Counted from the stretch's first letter, positions 50,301 to 60,837 are shown. The stretch is 64,000 nucleotides of DNA from an uncultured cyanobacterium (GCA_963718615.1 OY970368.1:5888001-5952000); one strand, 5' to 3'. The notes: generated from the sequence alone by a model not told the origin. Numbers and translations: made by a program.

Positions 50301-51403
50301 ACCGTCAAGGCTTGCTCGTAGAAGGCGATCGCTTGTTCAATGTTCTTGGAGCGATCGCCTTTGATGCGGTCAGAGTATGCAGTTGCCAGACCCATGGTGG
50401 TTTGTGCCCACTCGATCGGCATCGCCGCTTCCGTCATCACCGTCAAGGCTTGCTCGTAAGCTTTGATCGCTCGTTCCATATTCTCGGCTCGATCGCCTTT
50501 GATGCGTTCATAGTATGCGGTTGCCAAGTTATTTGTGGTGGTGGCCCACTTGATCGGCATCGCCGCTTCCGTCCTCACTGTCAAGGCTTGCTCGTAGGCT
50601 TTGATCGCTTGTTCCATATTCTCGGCACGATCACCTTTGATTCGGTTCTTGTATGCGGTTGCCAAGCTAATGGTGGTTTGTGCCCAATCGATCGGCATCG
50701 CCGCTTGCGTCCTCACCGTCAAGACTTGCTCGTAGGCTTTGATCGCCTGTTCGATATTCTCCGCCCGATCGCCTTTGATGCGGAAATAGTATGCGATTGC
50801 CAAGTTCATGGTGCTTTGTGCCCACATTGGCGGATTTGCTGTCTGGGTTCTAACCGACAAAACAACCGCACACCCGGCCAGGGCGATTTCGATATTATTA
50901 GCCCGACTCCCCAATGGAAAATTCTGGAAATGGATGCTGATATTTTCAACTAGAGCTGCTATTGCTTCGGCTGTCTCTGCGTCAGCAAACTCAAGCACAG
51001 CCTTAGCCCAAGTCTGCAATGTTTGAGCCAATCCTAGATGCAGTTTGGTTTGATTGGCCGCTAAAATGGAGTGCACAGCCTGTTGGCCCGTCCCAAAATT
51101 CTCCAATTCAGCCTTGAAAATTGCCATCAATAATGGCATCAGCGCCGCTTCATCCAAATTATCTGCATTCGTTGATTTCACTAATCCCAACCCTTGCGCC
51201 AACTGCCCCGCAAATTGCCGCAGCCTTCCCGCATTACCTTCACCTTGACTCTCCATCCAGTCAGCATATTGCCCCATCACCGCCACCAGCCCCTCATCCA
51301 CCAACCCCGCATTCGCCTCAAGCAGCGCCGCCTCTTCCCCCTGAGCACAGCCCAGCAGTTGCTCAATCAACCGCGCGTAGGCATTCAATCGTTCCTCACC
51401 CAT
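47306..51403 (-). CDS. TPR-repeat CHAT (caspase-like) protease
   Basis: 13 tandem 46-aa TPR-like repeats; CHAT dyad intact (IAHFACHG, ILSACETG); ASLWAVSD; PFHWAAF. Confidence 0.93.
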   Translation of the reverse strand: MGEERLNAYARLIEQLLGCAQGEEAALLEANAGLVDEGLVAVMGQYADWMESQGEGNAGRLRQFAGQLAQGLGLVKSTNADNLDEAALMPLLMAIFKAELENFGTGQQAVHSILAANQTKLHLGLAQTLQTWAKAVLEFADAETAEAIAALVENISIHFQNFPLGSRANNIEIALAGCAVVLSVRTQTANPPMWAQSTMNLAIAYYFRIKGDRAENIEQAIKAYEQVLTVRTQAAMPIDWAQTTISLATAYKNRIKGDRAENMEQAIKAYEQALTVRTEAAMPIKWATTTNNLATAYYERIKGDRAENMERAIKAYEQALTVMTEAAMPIEWAQTTMGLATAYSDRIKGDRSKNIEQAIAFYEQALTVMTQTAMPIEWAQTTNNLATAYKNRIKGDRSENMEQAIAFYEQALRVRTQTAMPIEWAQTTMGLANVYNNRIKGDRSKNIERAIAFYEQALLVTTQTAMPFDWARTTMNLALAYNNRIKGDRTENIEQAIAFYQQALTVMTRTAMPIEWARTTMNLALAYNNRIKGDRAENIERAIAFHEQALLVMTQTAMPFEWAQATMNLANSYADRIKGDRAENIEQAIKAYGQALTVRTEAAMPIEWAETTMNLAAVYKQRIKGDRAKNIEQAIAYYEQALLVMTQTAMPFEWAQATMNLANSYADRIKGDRAENIEQAIKAYEQALTVRTEAAMPIEWAQTTMGLASAYYSRIEGDHAENIEQMIAAYKRALTVRTQTAMPFEWAQTTMNLAVAYYFRIEGDRAKNIEQAIANYCASLTIFEPTRFSYECRITARSLANLYSDQQRWSEAVPIYDQALTAAESLYQSATLLDSKSASLSETANLPHRAAYAFARTRNLSKAVLALEQGRARGLSESLDRDRANLTQLQTLAPDPYIQYQTITQQLRNLEAQQRDRMTSVDRHSITPETLRNEATRLRQELTETIDQIRQQPGYETFLTLPTLEDVQKAVTPDTPLTYLLTTPAGSLALVVTPNDIYPIWLNDFTDTQLTDLIQTWFAAYNNASNDRQTWHNIIDAITQQIWEPLIGPMVQQLKDLGFDRTTLIPTGYISLLPLHAAWTPDKTQPTGRRYALDHLQITYAPNAKSLTAAKAIADRVQANSILAIDNPKQDLPSSEREVQAAIATFQNSTVLRHDQATVEQVRSQLTNVAIAHFACHGTANLREPLQSGLLMSDGLLTLKDIFALNLADTEKGNSGLRLAILSACETGMIGTENADEAISLPTGLLQAGVAAVIASLWAVSDLSTMLLLTKFYDLWRSHQLEPDQALRQAQIWLRDTTNAEKIQALKAVLPEFPDSPPPQAPRDRFLGLPEAIARDLYNKLAWEDPSDRTYAHPFHWAAFSYTGI
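49060..50830 (-). repeat. Intragenic tandem array of ~138-bp units (13 copies, approximate boundaries)
   Basis: RI(K/E)GD(R/H) recurs every 46 aa; GATCGCCTTC at 49111 and 49249 are 138 bp apart. Confidence 0.92.
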
Positions 51404-51621
51404 GGTGGCAGCCGCTCCGTAATCGATATCTGTGCCATTGATATCTCTATATTTACCTACGGCAAACGGCTAAATCAGTGATCTTACGCATAAAACATAT
51501 TTCAGCCCGCTTCCATCAAGCCCCCATCAACCCCGCAGAGCATCACCCCATAGCCCCCAAATGACTATCTACCTCCAAAAACCACCTCCGCACCCAACTC
51601 AAGCGAGAACCACACCTCTAC

Positions 51622-52215
51622 CTACAACACCTCACTCAAATCCACCACCAATCCCGGCAATACATCCTCACCACTGAGTTGACCAGGAGAGACCTGCACC
51701 TCCGCAGTAGCTTCACCCACACGATAAATCTCCACAGTTTTCTGTTGGGGATTCACCAACCAACCCAAACGCACACCATTCTCACGATACTCCTGCATCT
51801 TCGCCTGCAAAGTTGTCAAACTATCACTTTTGGACCGCAACTCAATCACAAAATCCGGAACGATCGCCGGAAAAGTCACCGCTGCTGACAGCCCAGCCAG
51901 CTTCTCTTGGGCAATCCAAGTAACATCAGGCGATCGCACTGCTCCAGAAGGCAACACAAACCCGCCCGAAGAATCAAAAACCTCACCCAACCGACTTTGT
52001 AAATTCCACTGGTACACCTGTGAAGCAAGATTAATATTTTTTTTCGAGCTTTCCCAACCGACAGGTGGCATAGTCACCAATTCTCCGTTAGCCGTCAACT
52101 CAAAATTTAGGTCTGGATTATCTAGGCAAATCTGCTGGAATTCAGCAAGAGTCAACCGCAGCGTAACATTGCGGATATCAATGAGTAGCGGTTGAGATGT
52201 CTCTAGAACCTGCAT
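51622..52215 (-). CDS. Uma2 (DUF820) family endonuclease
   Basis: ELTANGELVTMPP, FDSSGGF.LP.GA.RSPD, PDFVIELRS, GVRLGWLVNP. Confidence 0.92.
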   Translation of the reverse strand: MQVLETSQPLLIDIRNVTLRLTLAEFQQICLDNPDLNFELTANGELVTMPPVGWESSKKNINLASQVYQWNLQSRLGEVFDSSGGFVLPSGAVRSPDVTWIAQEKLAGLSAAVTFPAIVPDFVIELRSKSDSLTTLQAKMQEYRENGVRLGWLVNPQQKTVEIYRVGEATAEVQVSPGQLSGEDVLPGLVVDLSEVL

Positions 52216-52319
52216 AGACTACCTCGAAGCATATCTATCTCCTATTGTAAGTGACAGACACGAGATCAACCCATGCAAATGGAAGCGCTTTTCATCAGTC
52301 TCGATCGCCTTTGACACAG

Positions 52320-52553
52320 TCAGAGCATCCATTTACCCGTATTCAAAACAATGTCACTCATCAACGACAAATGCCTCGTCTCCCGTCGCCACTGAGCAGC
52401 CAATTGCTCGAATCGTTGGGATAAATCTGACGAAGCGTCCAAGGTAGCCGGAAACTCCAGCAATCGCTCTTGCAAAACCTCAGCAGGCGATCGCCCACCT
52501 TCAGCGAGGCGCGCCAACAGCTCATCCGGAATCTCTAAGCTAATCTGTGCCAT
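52320..52553 (-). pseudogene. Short antitoxin-like ORF, apparently chimeric or truncated
   Basis: MAQISLEIPDELLARL N-terminus; RFEQLAAQWRRETRHLS segment ends abruptly. Confidence 0.4.
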
Positions 52554-52671
52554 CGGTTTCTGGCCCATAGAGTCTCCGTCTCAGTGTAGCTTACAGGCTA
52601 ATGGAAGGGGGGAGGTCGCCCACTCCCAGCACCGAAGGTCTTGCTTCACTGCATTTATCAACATTGTCAAT

Positions 52672-52746
52672 CAGCGCCAATTCCAATCCGTCCAAACTCA
52701 CTTGGATAACCTTGATCGCGATACAGCTACACCGAAATGAGGAGAC
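52672..52746 (+). repeat. 75-bp imperfect direct repeat, copy 1
   Basis: 68/75 identical to 54471-54545 by manual comparison. Confidence 0.9.
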
Positions 52747-52752
52747 AAATCG

Positions 52753-52947
52753 ATGAACTCAAACGTCAAGTTTCAGGCGCAGATTCAGAGCATGAAAGCC
52801 CAGATTGAAGCGATGCGAGCCGAAACTGAAGCCTCTGCCAAGCAGCATGACGACTGGGTTGCCCAGCAAAATCAACGGCAGTCCAAATCCATACTGGCCC
52901 GCATCGTCCACAGCGTCCTGGTTGCACTGAAACTCATGGCCTCGTGA
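52753..52947 (+). CDS. Hypothetical 64-aa protein
   Basis: GAGGAG RBS supplied by the end of repeat copy 1; coiled-coil-like sequence. Confidence 0.55.
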   Translation: MNSNVKFQAQIQSMKAQIEAMRAETEASAKQHDDWVAQQNQRQSKSILARIVHSVLVALKLMAS

Positions 52948-53110
52948 GCGATCGCCTCCTCGCCACCTTCGGCACCAGGGAAGACGATCGCCTTCACCCA
53001 GCTCCAGAGGATCGCCCCGTCGAAACCAGCATCAACGACATCTAAAAAGCCATCTCTGACAGCGTTACAATTAAATCTCCCCCTCAACTCTCACCTAAGG
53101 AGGCGTAGCG

Positions 53111-53473
53111 ATGACCATCCAAGACACCGCCATCGAAAAACTCCGCCACCTTCCCGACCCCCTCGCCCAACTGGTCAACGACTTCATCGACATCCTCCTC
53201 AACCAGTGGGCCAAACTCCCCCAATACCGATCCCATCAGACCCCGCTCACGCCAGCCTCTACCTTTACCGCACTAGCTCCAGATCCCCAAACCGCCTGGG
53301 ATAGCGCCATGGCCCAAATCGCCAACCCCGACCCCAATCAACATGCCGCAGTCACCCATCTCTTCGCGACTTGGGCCACAGAAAACGACGCAGCAGAACA
53401 ACAACAAACTCTCCAATGGCTCACCCGAGCCCTAGACGAAGATCGCCTCTCCGATTGCCCCCTCTTCCCATGA
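53111..53473 (+). CDS. Antitoxin-like protein (DUF2281-like N-terminus)
   Basis: AGGAGG RBS; MTIQDTAIEKLRHLPDPLAQLVNDFIDIL; C-terminal EQQQTLQWL..ALDEDRLS..PLFP; ATGA overlap with the next ORF. Confidence 0.6.
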   Translation: MTIQDTAIEKLRHLPDPLAQLVNDFIDILLNQWAKLPQYRSHQTPLTPASTFTALAPDPQTAWDSAMAQIANPDPNQHAAVTHLFATWATENDAAEQQQTLQWLTRALDEDRLSDCPLFP

Positions 53474-53583
53474 GTCGTATCGTTCTATTCGTCAAAAATA
53501 ACGGTCACGAAGTCATTGTCGCGACCTCCAATGTCGGCCATCTCACCCGATTTATTGCAGCCGCAGACTGGCAGGCCATTTAG
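53470..53583 (+). pseudogene. PIN-like toxin remnant with large in-frame internal deletion (37 aa)
   Basis: MSRIVLF joined directly to EVIVATSNVGHLTRFIAAADWQAI, which resemble the two ends of a PIN-type protein. Confidence 0.65.
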
Positions 53584-53651
53584 GAAATTGAGCGTTAAAC
53601 CGATGTGCTACGAGCGATCCTAATTTCCACCTTTATTAAATCAATAACGCC

Positions 53652-53930
53652 ATGCCTCCGATCCAACTCCTAGACATCGCAACGACCCTCAAACCCATCC
53701 CTGCCCAAAAACTAACCCTCGTAGAACCCGAGCATCAATCCATCGCCAGCCTTCCCACCGGACAAGTGGGCACAATCGTTGAAATCTATCCCACCGAACA
53801 ATCCTCTACCGATCAACCTAAATATCTGATCGAATTTGCCGACACCCAAGGCCGCGAATACGCCATGGTCATCCTGCGCGCCGATGAGATCCTCGTCCTG
53901 CACTACGAGCTAGCCGTCGCCGCAGGCTGA
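53652..53930 (+). CDS. DUF4926 family protein
   Basis: LPTGQVGTIVEIY...YLIEFADTQGREYA. Confidence 0.8.
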   Translation: MPPIQLLDIATTLKPIPAQKLTLVEPEHQSIASLPTGQVGTIVEIYPTEQSSTDQPKYLIEFADTQGREYAMVILRADEILVLHYELAVAAG

Positions 53931-54142
53931 AGCAACGCCAAAATTGGCAAACTCAACGGTTGCTGCCCCACCCGCTTAGAAAAAAACAAAATTTCCAACA
54001 TCTCAATATTGCCCGACTCCGGATTCACCCGAGCCAACACCTCATCCGCCAACTCCTCCATTTCCTGCTCAGCATAGCTAGAACAAAGCTGAATCGTCAG
54101 AATATCGCCCACCGGGTCATAACAGAACGTCAAATTTCCCAT
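53903..54142 (-). CDS. DUF2283 family protein
   Basis: LTFCYDPVGDILTI...EELADEVLARVNPESGNIEMLEIL; GGAGG before ATG at 54142. Confidence 0.75.
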   Translation of the reverse strand: MGNLTFCYDPVGDILTIQLCSSYAEQEMEELADEVLARVNPESGNIEMLEILFFSKRVGQQPLSLPILALLQPAATASS

Positions 54143-54146
54143 GATC

Positions 54147-54410
54147 TCAACTTCCTCCAGCAAGCTTACGCGCAGTGTAGGCCGTAATAATCCAATGACG
54201 AGTTGGGTCGCTATCTGAAATTGTAACAACCACAAAGTAGCGCCCAGTACGAATGGAATCAAACCACTTGGAAAATCGCAGTCCTCTGTGATCGCGATCG
54301 CTAGGCCGCACCAGATCTGGCTCAGCTAAGGTCTCCACCAGCTCTGAACGATAATCAGGCAGCGTTCCCGGATGGCTGACCCTAATGTGTTGTTCCCGCT
54401 CATCCGTTAA
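54147..54410 (-). pseudogene. 5'-truncated RelE/BECR-like nuclease toxin
   Basis: LTDEREQHI...HP...VETLAEPD.VR.S.RD....F.KW......YFVVV......WIITAYTARK; no plausible start before the junction near 54410. Confidence 0.6.
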
Positions 54411-54470
54411 GGCATCGACGCCGACATCTGGCAAACCCTCACCTACACCCAAAAAGTTAAAATCCTCATC

Positions 54471-54545
54471 CAGCGCCAACTCCAATCCGTCCAAACCCAC
54501 TTGGACAACCTTGACCGCGAGACAGCCATACCGAAATGAGGAGAC
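54471..54545 (+). repeat. 75-bp imperfect direct repeat, copy 2
   Basis: 68/75 identical to 52672-52746. Confidence 0.9.
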
Positions 54546-54567
54546 CACTAGATTGCTCACTCCGTTT

Positions 54568-55785
54568 CTAGGCAATACTGCCCCGCTTCCGTGCTTCCTT
54601 GTAGGATGTGCCCACATTCTTCAACCCTGCTTTGACCATTTGCCGTTCCAGCATGCCGAAAAAGCGCTGGCGATCGCCCCCCCGCACCACCGCCTGATTA
54701 TGGGCCTCCGCCAACGCCACCGGATAGCCATAGCCCTTCTGCACCTGCCCCAGCATTAAACTCAACGCCGAATCGAGAAACGCTGGATCCCTCGCCACCC
54801 AAGCGGGAACCTCCACCCGCGCAATTTCGCTGCCCACATGGACATAGCAAAAATAAACCGTTTGCTGGGGACCATAGTCCGCCAAAACCTTCGCCGAGCT
54901 GCGCCAGAGCGGTCCCCGTTCTCCCGGCTCTAAATAGCTTGACCAAAGCGTCACATCCCGCAAGGCAGACAGGGTTTGGCAAGGCGCAGCATCGATTTTG
55001 CCCCCACAGTGCGTCTCGCAATCAGGATAGTTGTAAGGACAAGTCTGAAGTCGCAGAAAATTGAGCGATTCGGTGCTGCGCGAGGCGCTAATGTAGCTCA
55101 GGAGTGGGATCTTTTGGTGCTGCAACTGTTCCCAGGCCGTGAGAATGGGAGGAAGAATGCGATCGCGCGCCTCCCCCGGCAATCCCTCCAAAAACCAATA
55201 AATCAACGACCCATCCACCATCGCCAATATCGGTGCAACCCCGTAGGGACGAACCGCCGTTCGTCCAGATTCTGCCGTTTGTCCCAGCCCTTGCCCCAAC
55301 TCCGCCAGAATTTCGATTTCCGAAACCGTCCGTCGATACCCCATCCATTCCTCCGTGCGAATCCCCCAGGGTCGCGATTCGTAGAGATCTTCCGGTTGAT
55401 AGACAATTTCCGGCAAACTATCGAGCTGGGGATGGCGACTTTGGCCATAGTGGAGGACAACGCGACCAATATTGATCAGATAACAATAGGCAATTTCGTG
55501 GTGGCTGGGGGCAATTTGGGAACCGTCCGTGGCGAGGATCGTGTGTTGAGGGGGGGGAGGGGCGATCGCCACCCGTGTTTCCAACGGTTCCATCGGTTCA
55601 GCGGCAGTGAAGGCAAGGCGATCGCCCCAGTCCAGGAGCTTTTGGGCTAACTCTGCTTGCTGGGGTTGGGCTTGGGCGACCAACCGCCGGGCACGTTCCA
55701 GGCGCTTTTGACTAGCGATCGCCTCCTGGGCCAAATGATCACTAATCCCCTGCATTTGTCGGGCCAACTGAGTGAGGTCTAGCAT
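54568..55785 (-). CDS. nurA: NurA domain nuclease
   Basis: ATDGSQIAP, AMVDGSL, GYGYPVALAEAHNQAVV. Confidence 0.85.
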   Translation of the reverse strand: MLDLTQLARQMQGISDHLAQEAIASQKRLERARRLVAQAQPQQAELAQKLLDWGDRLAFTAAEPMEPLETRVAIAPPPPQHTILATDGSQIAPSHHEIAYCYLINIGRVVLHYGQSRHPQLDSLPEIVYQPEDLYESRPWGIRTEEWMGYRRTVSEIEILAELGQGLGQTAESGRTAVRPYGVAPILAMVDGSLIYWFLEGLPGEARDRILPPILTAWEQLQHQKIPLLSYISASRSTESLNFLRLQTCPYNYPDCETHCGGKIDAAPCQTLSALRDVTLWSSYLEPGERGPLWRSSAKVLADYGPQQTVYFCYVHVGSEIARVEVPAWVARDPAFLDSALSLMLGQVQKGYGYPVALAEAHNQAVVRGGDRQRFFGMLERQMVKAGLKNVGTSYKEARKRGSIA

Positions 55786-55836
55786 GGTCGTTTACCCGTG
55801 ATCTTTTTGCCCGTGCTCTCTTTACCAGTGCTCTCT

Positions 55837-56658
55837 TTACCAGTGCTCTAGGGGGTCCGTAAACCGTTGTAAGCTGAGCAGCGAAATTTGAGAATCCGCT
55901 TGGGCGGCTTGGCGATCGCCCTCCAGGTTATAGCCCCAGTCTACCAAGAACAATCGTACTTCCTGCAAATCTTCTTGGGCCTGGACCCCCCGCAGGGCTT
56001 CAAGACGATCTTCGACAAACCAGAGGCTGGGGTTTCTCCCTTCCTGGGCGTTGAATTGTGCTTTGAGGTCGCGCAGGGTCTGGTATTTGGGCTGTTTGAT
56101 TGCTTTGCCGATGATTTGAGCCGGGTCCAGGGCCACGCCCGCCTCGGCCAACAATTGCTGGATAAAGCGGCCTTCCTTGGTAGAGACGATAAACAGTTGG
56201 GTGGAGCTGGCTTGGATGGCTTGGAGTTGGCCGAGAACGCCGGGATAGAAGCGGTGGAGGGCGAGCCATTGGTCTAGGTTCGTTTGGATTTGGCGATCGC
56301 GCTCCCCATCCACTTGCTGGGCTAACTGCCGAGGGTCTTGGCGTTCATTTTCGCCTCCATATTCCCGTTCATTCTCCAGAATGGCTTGCCGCACCTGAGG
56401 CCAATCCGCCAAAATCGCGGCTTCATCCACTCCCTGCACCAAACCAGCAATCAGCACTGGCATTTCCCACCCAGTTTCAATCACCGGACGCAGGCGATAG
56501 AACTGCTCAGCCAGACCCTGGGGCGGCGTTATCTTGGTTGCGATCTCGGCAATCCGCCAAGCCCGCCCATAGGCCTGCCAAGCGGTTTGAAAGTATTCCT
56601 GGAGTCCATCACAAATGACCCCATCAAAGTCCAGGGCAAGAAGATCCGGGGGCTGCAT
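55837..56658 (-). CDS. HAD family hydrolase; ORF track start 56751
   Basis: LALDFDGVICD, IVSTK, FVEDRL, L.DWGYN. Confidence 0.88.
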   Translation of the reverse strand: MQPPDLLALDFDGVICDGLQEYFQTAWQAYGRAWRIAEIATKITPPQGLAEQFYRLRPVIETGWEMPVLIAGLVQGVDEAAILADWPQVRQAILENEREYGGENERQDPRQLAQQVDGERDRQIQTNLDQWLALHRFYPGVLGQLQAIQASSTQLFIVSTKEGRFIQQLLAEAGVALDPAQIIGKAIKQPKYQTLRDLKAQFNAQEGRNPSLWFVEDRLEALRGVQAQEDLQEVRLFLVDWGYNLEGDRQAAQADSQISLLSLQRFTDPLEHW

Positions 56659-56782
56659 GATTCGGGATGGGGATAAAAGGATAAACACAAGGATAAACAC
56701 AAGAAAGGACGCGAGGCGATCGCGTCCTTCTGATTTAGCTGAGTTAGCCAAAGATTGGCTTTTAGCTGGAGATTGGCTGAAG

Positions 56783-56854
56783 CTGGGGTGCTAGGATTCG
56801 AACCCAGGAATGGCGAGACCAAAACCCGCTGCCTTACCACTTGGCGACACCCCA
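56783..56854 (-). tRNA. tRNA-Gln(TTG)
   Basis: TGGGGTG/CACCCCA acceptor stem, anticodon arm GCGGG-TTTTGGT-CTCGC, GGTTCGAATCC T-loop; CCA not encoded. Confidence 0.97.
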
Positions 56855-56958
56855 TTGGTGTTTGCCTTTGTAAGAATAACAGCAGGCACCGGGGAGGTGT
56901 CAAGATCTTCCCCAAAAAATCTTTGAGGAACGTTCAAGAGTGGATCTAAAGAGCGGAT

Positions 56959-58968
<2,010 letters not shown>

Positions 58969-59027
58969 AGAGGGACGAAACTTCAAAAGGATAAAAGGAC
59001 AGATCAAAACGTAGAAAAAAGAGTTTG

Positions 59028-60221
59028 TTAAACCACCGAACCGGGAAACCGCATGGGCGTAGCCGGATGACTCCGAGCCTTTGCAACATCACAGTCAGAC
59101 GCTGAGGTCTGTCCCTTAAGGGGTCTGACAAAACCAGTAGCGATCGCCACCGCTTGCTGAAACAGATCGGGGTGATCTTCCAGGAGTCCCGGTCGATCTT
59201 CCAAGGCCGTCAGCACCGGCAAGAGTGCCGCACGGGCCGAGCTACCATAGGCAACCCCGGCGATCGTGCGTTTCCCTAATCGGTCCTGTATACGGTCCTG
59301 CTGCAGCAAGCCCAGGGTGCGGAGTTTGGCCACGGTGTATCGATTCGTGCCGCCCGCGAGTTGAATAAAGCCCGGCAGATGATGCGCGTGCAGTTGCAAC
59401 ACCTTCTTCGCCAGTTGAATCGTGGCATGGGTGGTGCCCGCGCCAATGTCGCCACTCATAGGGCGACCATCGGTTTGCCAAATCAAAACCAGTCGGTCTG
59501 GACCTTGATCTGGCGCTTCTGGATCTGGCCCGCCTAGGGTTTTGAGCTCCGGAGCCATGATTTGGTAAAGCTGTTGCAAATAGTCGGTGATGCCATCGCC
59601 ATCGGGACAGCTCACGGCAACGAGTTTCAGCTGAGAAAGCCAAGGGGCGATCGCGCCCCACAACCGCTGAAAGCCCTCAATGTGACCGACCTGGGTATGG
59701 ATCTCAACGGCATCTATGCCCATCTTGGTCACCAATGCCATGACGCTCGCCGGAGCCGATAGATAAGCGCGAGTCGTGATCTGCCCCACCGGACAAACGG
59801 GTAAGCAGCGACCACAACCATAGCAGCGGCTGTCGAGCACCCCACTGGTTGATTCCGATGAAAAGACAATTGCCTGGGCCGGGCAAATCCGTTCGCAGGG
59901 CCGGGGGCAATCTCTGGGACACCGTTGGGGATCAAACTCGGCCTTGCGGAAATGGGGATCTTCGCCGTCGTTGAGGCTGACCATGAGGAGGGGTCGGTCA
60001 AGACCTCGGCGATCGCGTTCCGGCTGGGCCACCCGAATCCCCTCTAAAGCCGCAGCCACCACAGCGGGATCAGCCGCCACATCAACACAGTCTGCGCCAC
60101 TCCAGGCATAGGCCAATGCCAAGCTGCGGACGCTCGGCAAATGTTGGAAACTGGCACCACAAATGAGCTTAAACCAGTGACCGTCTTCCAGGGATCGTAG
60201 GGGATGGTGTAATGAACTCAC
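59028..60221 (-). CDS. ldpA: Circadian input Fe-S protein LdpA
   Basis: [57 protein letters not shown]. Confidence 0.93.
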   Translation of the reverse strand: MSSLHHPLRSLEDGHWFKLICGASFQHLPSVRSLALAYAWSGADCVDVAADPAVVAAALEGIRVAQPERDRRGLDRPLLMVSLNDGEDPHFRKAEFDPQRCPRDCPRPCERICPAQAIVFSSESTSGVLDSRCYGCGRCLPVCPVGQITTRAYLSAPASVMALVTKMGIDAVEIHTQVGHIEGFQRLWGAIAPWLSQLKLVAVSCPDGDGITDYLQQLYQIMAPELKTLGGPDPEAPDQGPDRLVLIWQTDGRPMSGDIGAGTTHATIQLAKKVLQLHAHHLPGFIQLAGGTNRYTVAKLRTLGLLQQDRIQDRLGKRTIAGVAYGSSARAALLPVLTALEDRPGLLEDHPDLFQQAVAIATGFVRPLKGQTSASDCDVAKARSHPATPMRFPGSVV

Positions 60222-60345
60222 CCTTTGATATTAGCGTCAATTCAAGGCGTCGGTAGGCTAAGCGTACCAATTTCCTCCTTGATCCCCGGTAGTTTACAAA
60301 ACAAAACCGAAAACAGATCCCCAAACCCAGATCCCCAAACCCGAT

Positions 60346-60837
60346 CTAAATCAATTCGCTTAGGGGTTTCCAGCTAAACTGGCGATCGCCCCCCATTTCC
60401 ACAACGATTTTGATCCGGCTCTCTTTTTTCGGCAGGTTCACTAAATAGCTCAGCTCTTGCTTCGAAAGCACCTGGCCCTCTATTAGCCAAAGCAACACGC
60501 CCTTGGTTTTGGCATCCAACTCGCCCAACTGGCAGCTCAAAATCGGGGGCACAAAATAAACAGGACCGACAGCCGCTTCACGGCCAATGGTCTTTTTACC
60601 CAAGTGGGGCGGACGCACCCCGTGGACCCCATTCAGATAGCGGTCCAAATCGCCCAGCCCCCGTGCCGTCAGGGAAACGGCTCGATAGCCGGAGGCCCGA
60701 GCTCGCCGTAGATAGCGACCTTCCATTCCCCCTTCCAGGGGCGCATAGACCGCCAGGGCTCCGGCCTGCTCCAATGCCTTAATAAACGGACGACCTGTGC
60801 TCAGAATCGGCGGAAAAGAAAGGGCAGAGAAAACCAT
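60346..60837 (-). CDS. ndhN: NDH-1 subunit N (start uncertain)
   Basis: GALAVYAPLEGGMEGRY, TARGLGD, GVHGVRPPHLGK, VVEMGGDRQFSWKPL. Confidence 0.95.
   Translation of the reverse strand: MVFSALSFPPILSTGRPFIKALEQAGALAVYAPLEGGMEGRYLRRARASGYRAVSLTARGLGDLDRYLNGVHGVRPPHLGKKTIGREAAVGPVYFVPPILSCQLGELDAKTKGVLLWLIEGQVLSKQELSYLVNLPKKESRIKIVVEMGGDRQFSWKPLSELI

Noticed and set aside
49060-50830. Possible CRISPR array or DGR target
   Set aside because: Units are contiguous in-frame coding repeats without spacers; no cas or reverse transcriptase gene in the window
49087-50953. Cys/His-rich repetitive plus-strand ORFs, including the 413-aa one
   Set aside because: Antisense shadows of the TPR array
54411-54617. 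N-terminal half of the 156-aa ORF 54147-54617
   Set aside because: Overlaps nurA and is antisense to the repeat-encoded fragment; only the C-terminal toxin-like part looks real
56783-56854. tRNA-Gln as integration site for the 44.8-54.6 kb island
   Set aside because: No integrase and no duplicated tRNA 3' end noticed; HAD and nurA genes lie between
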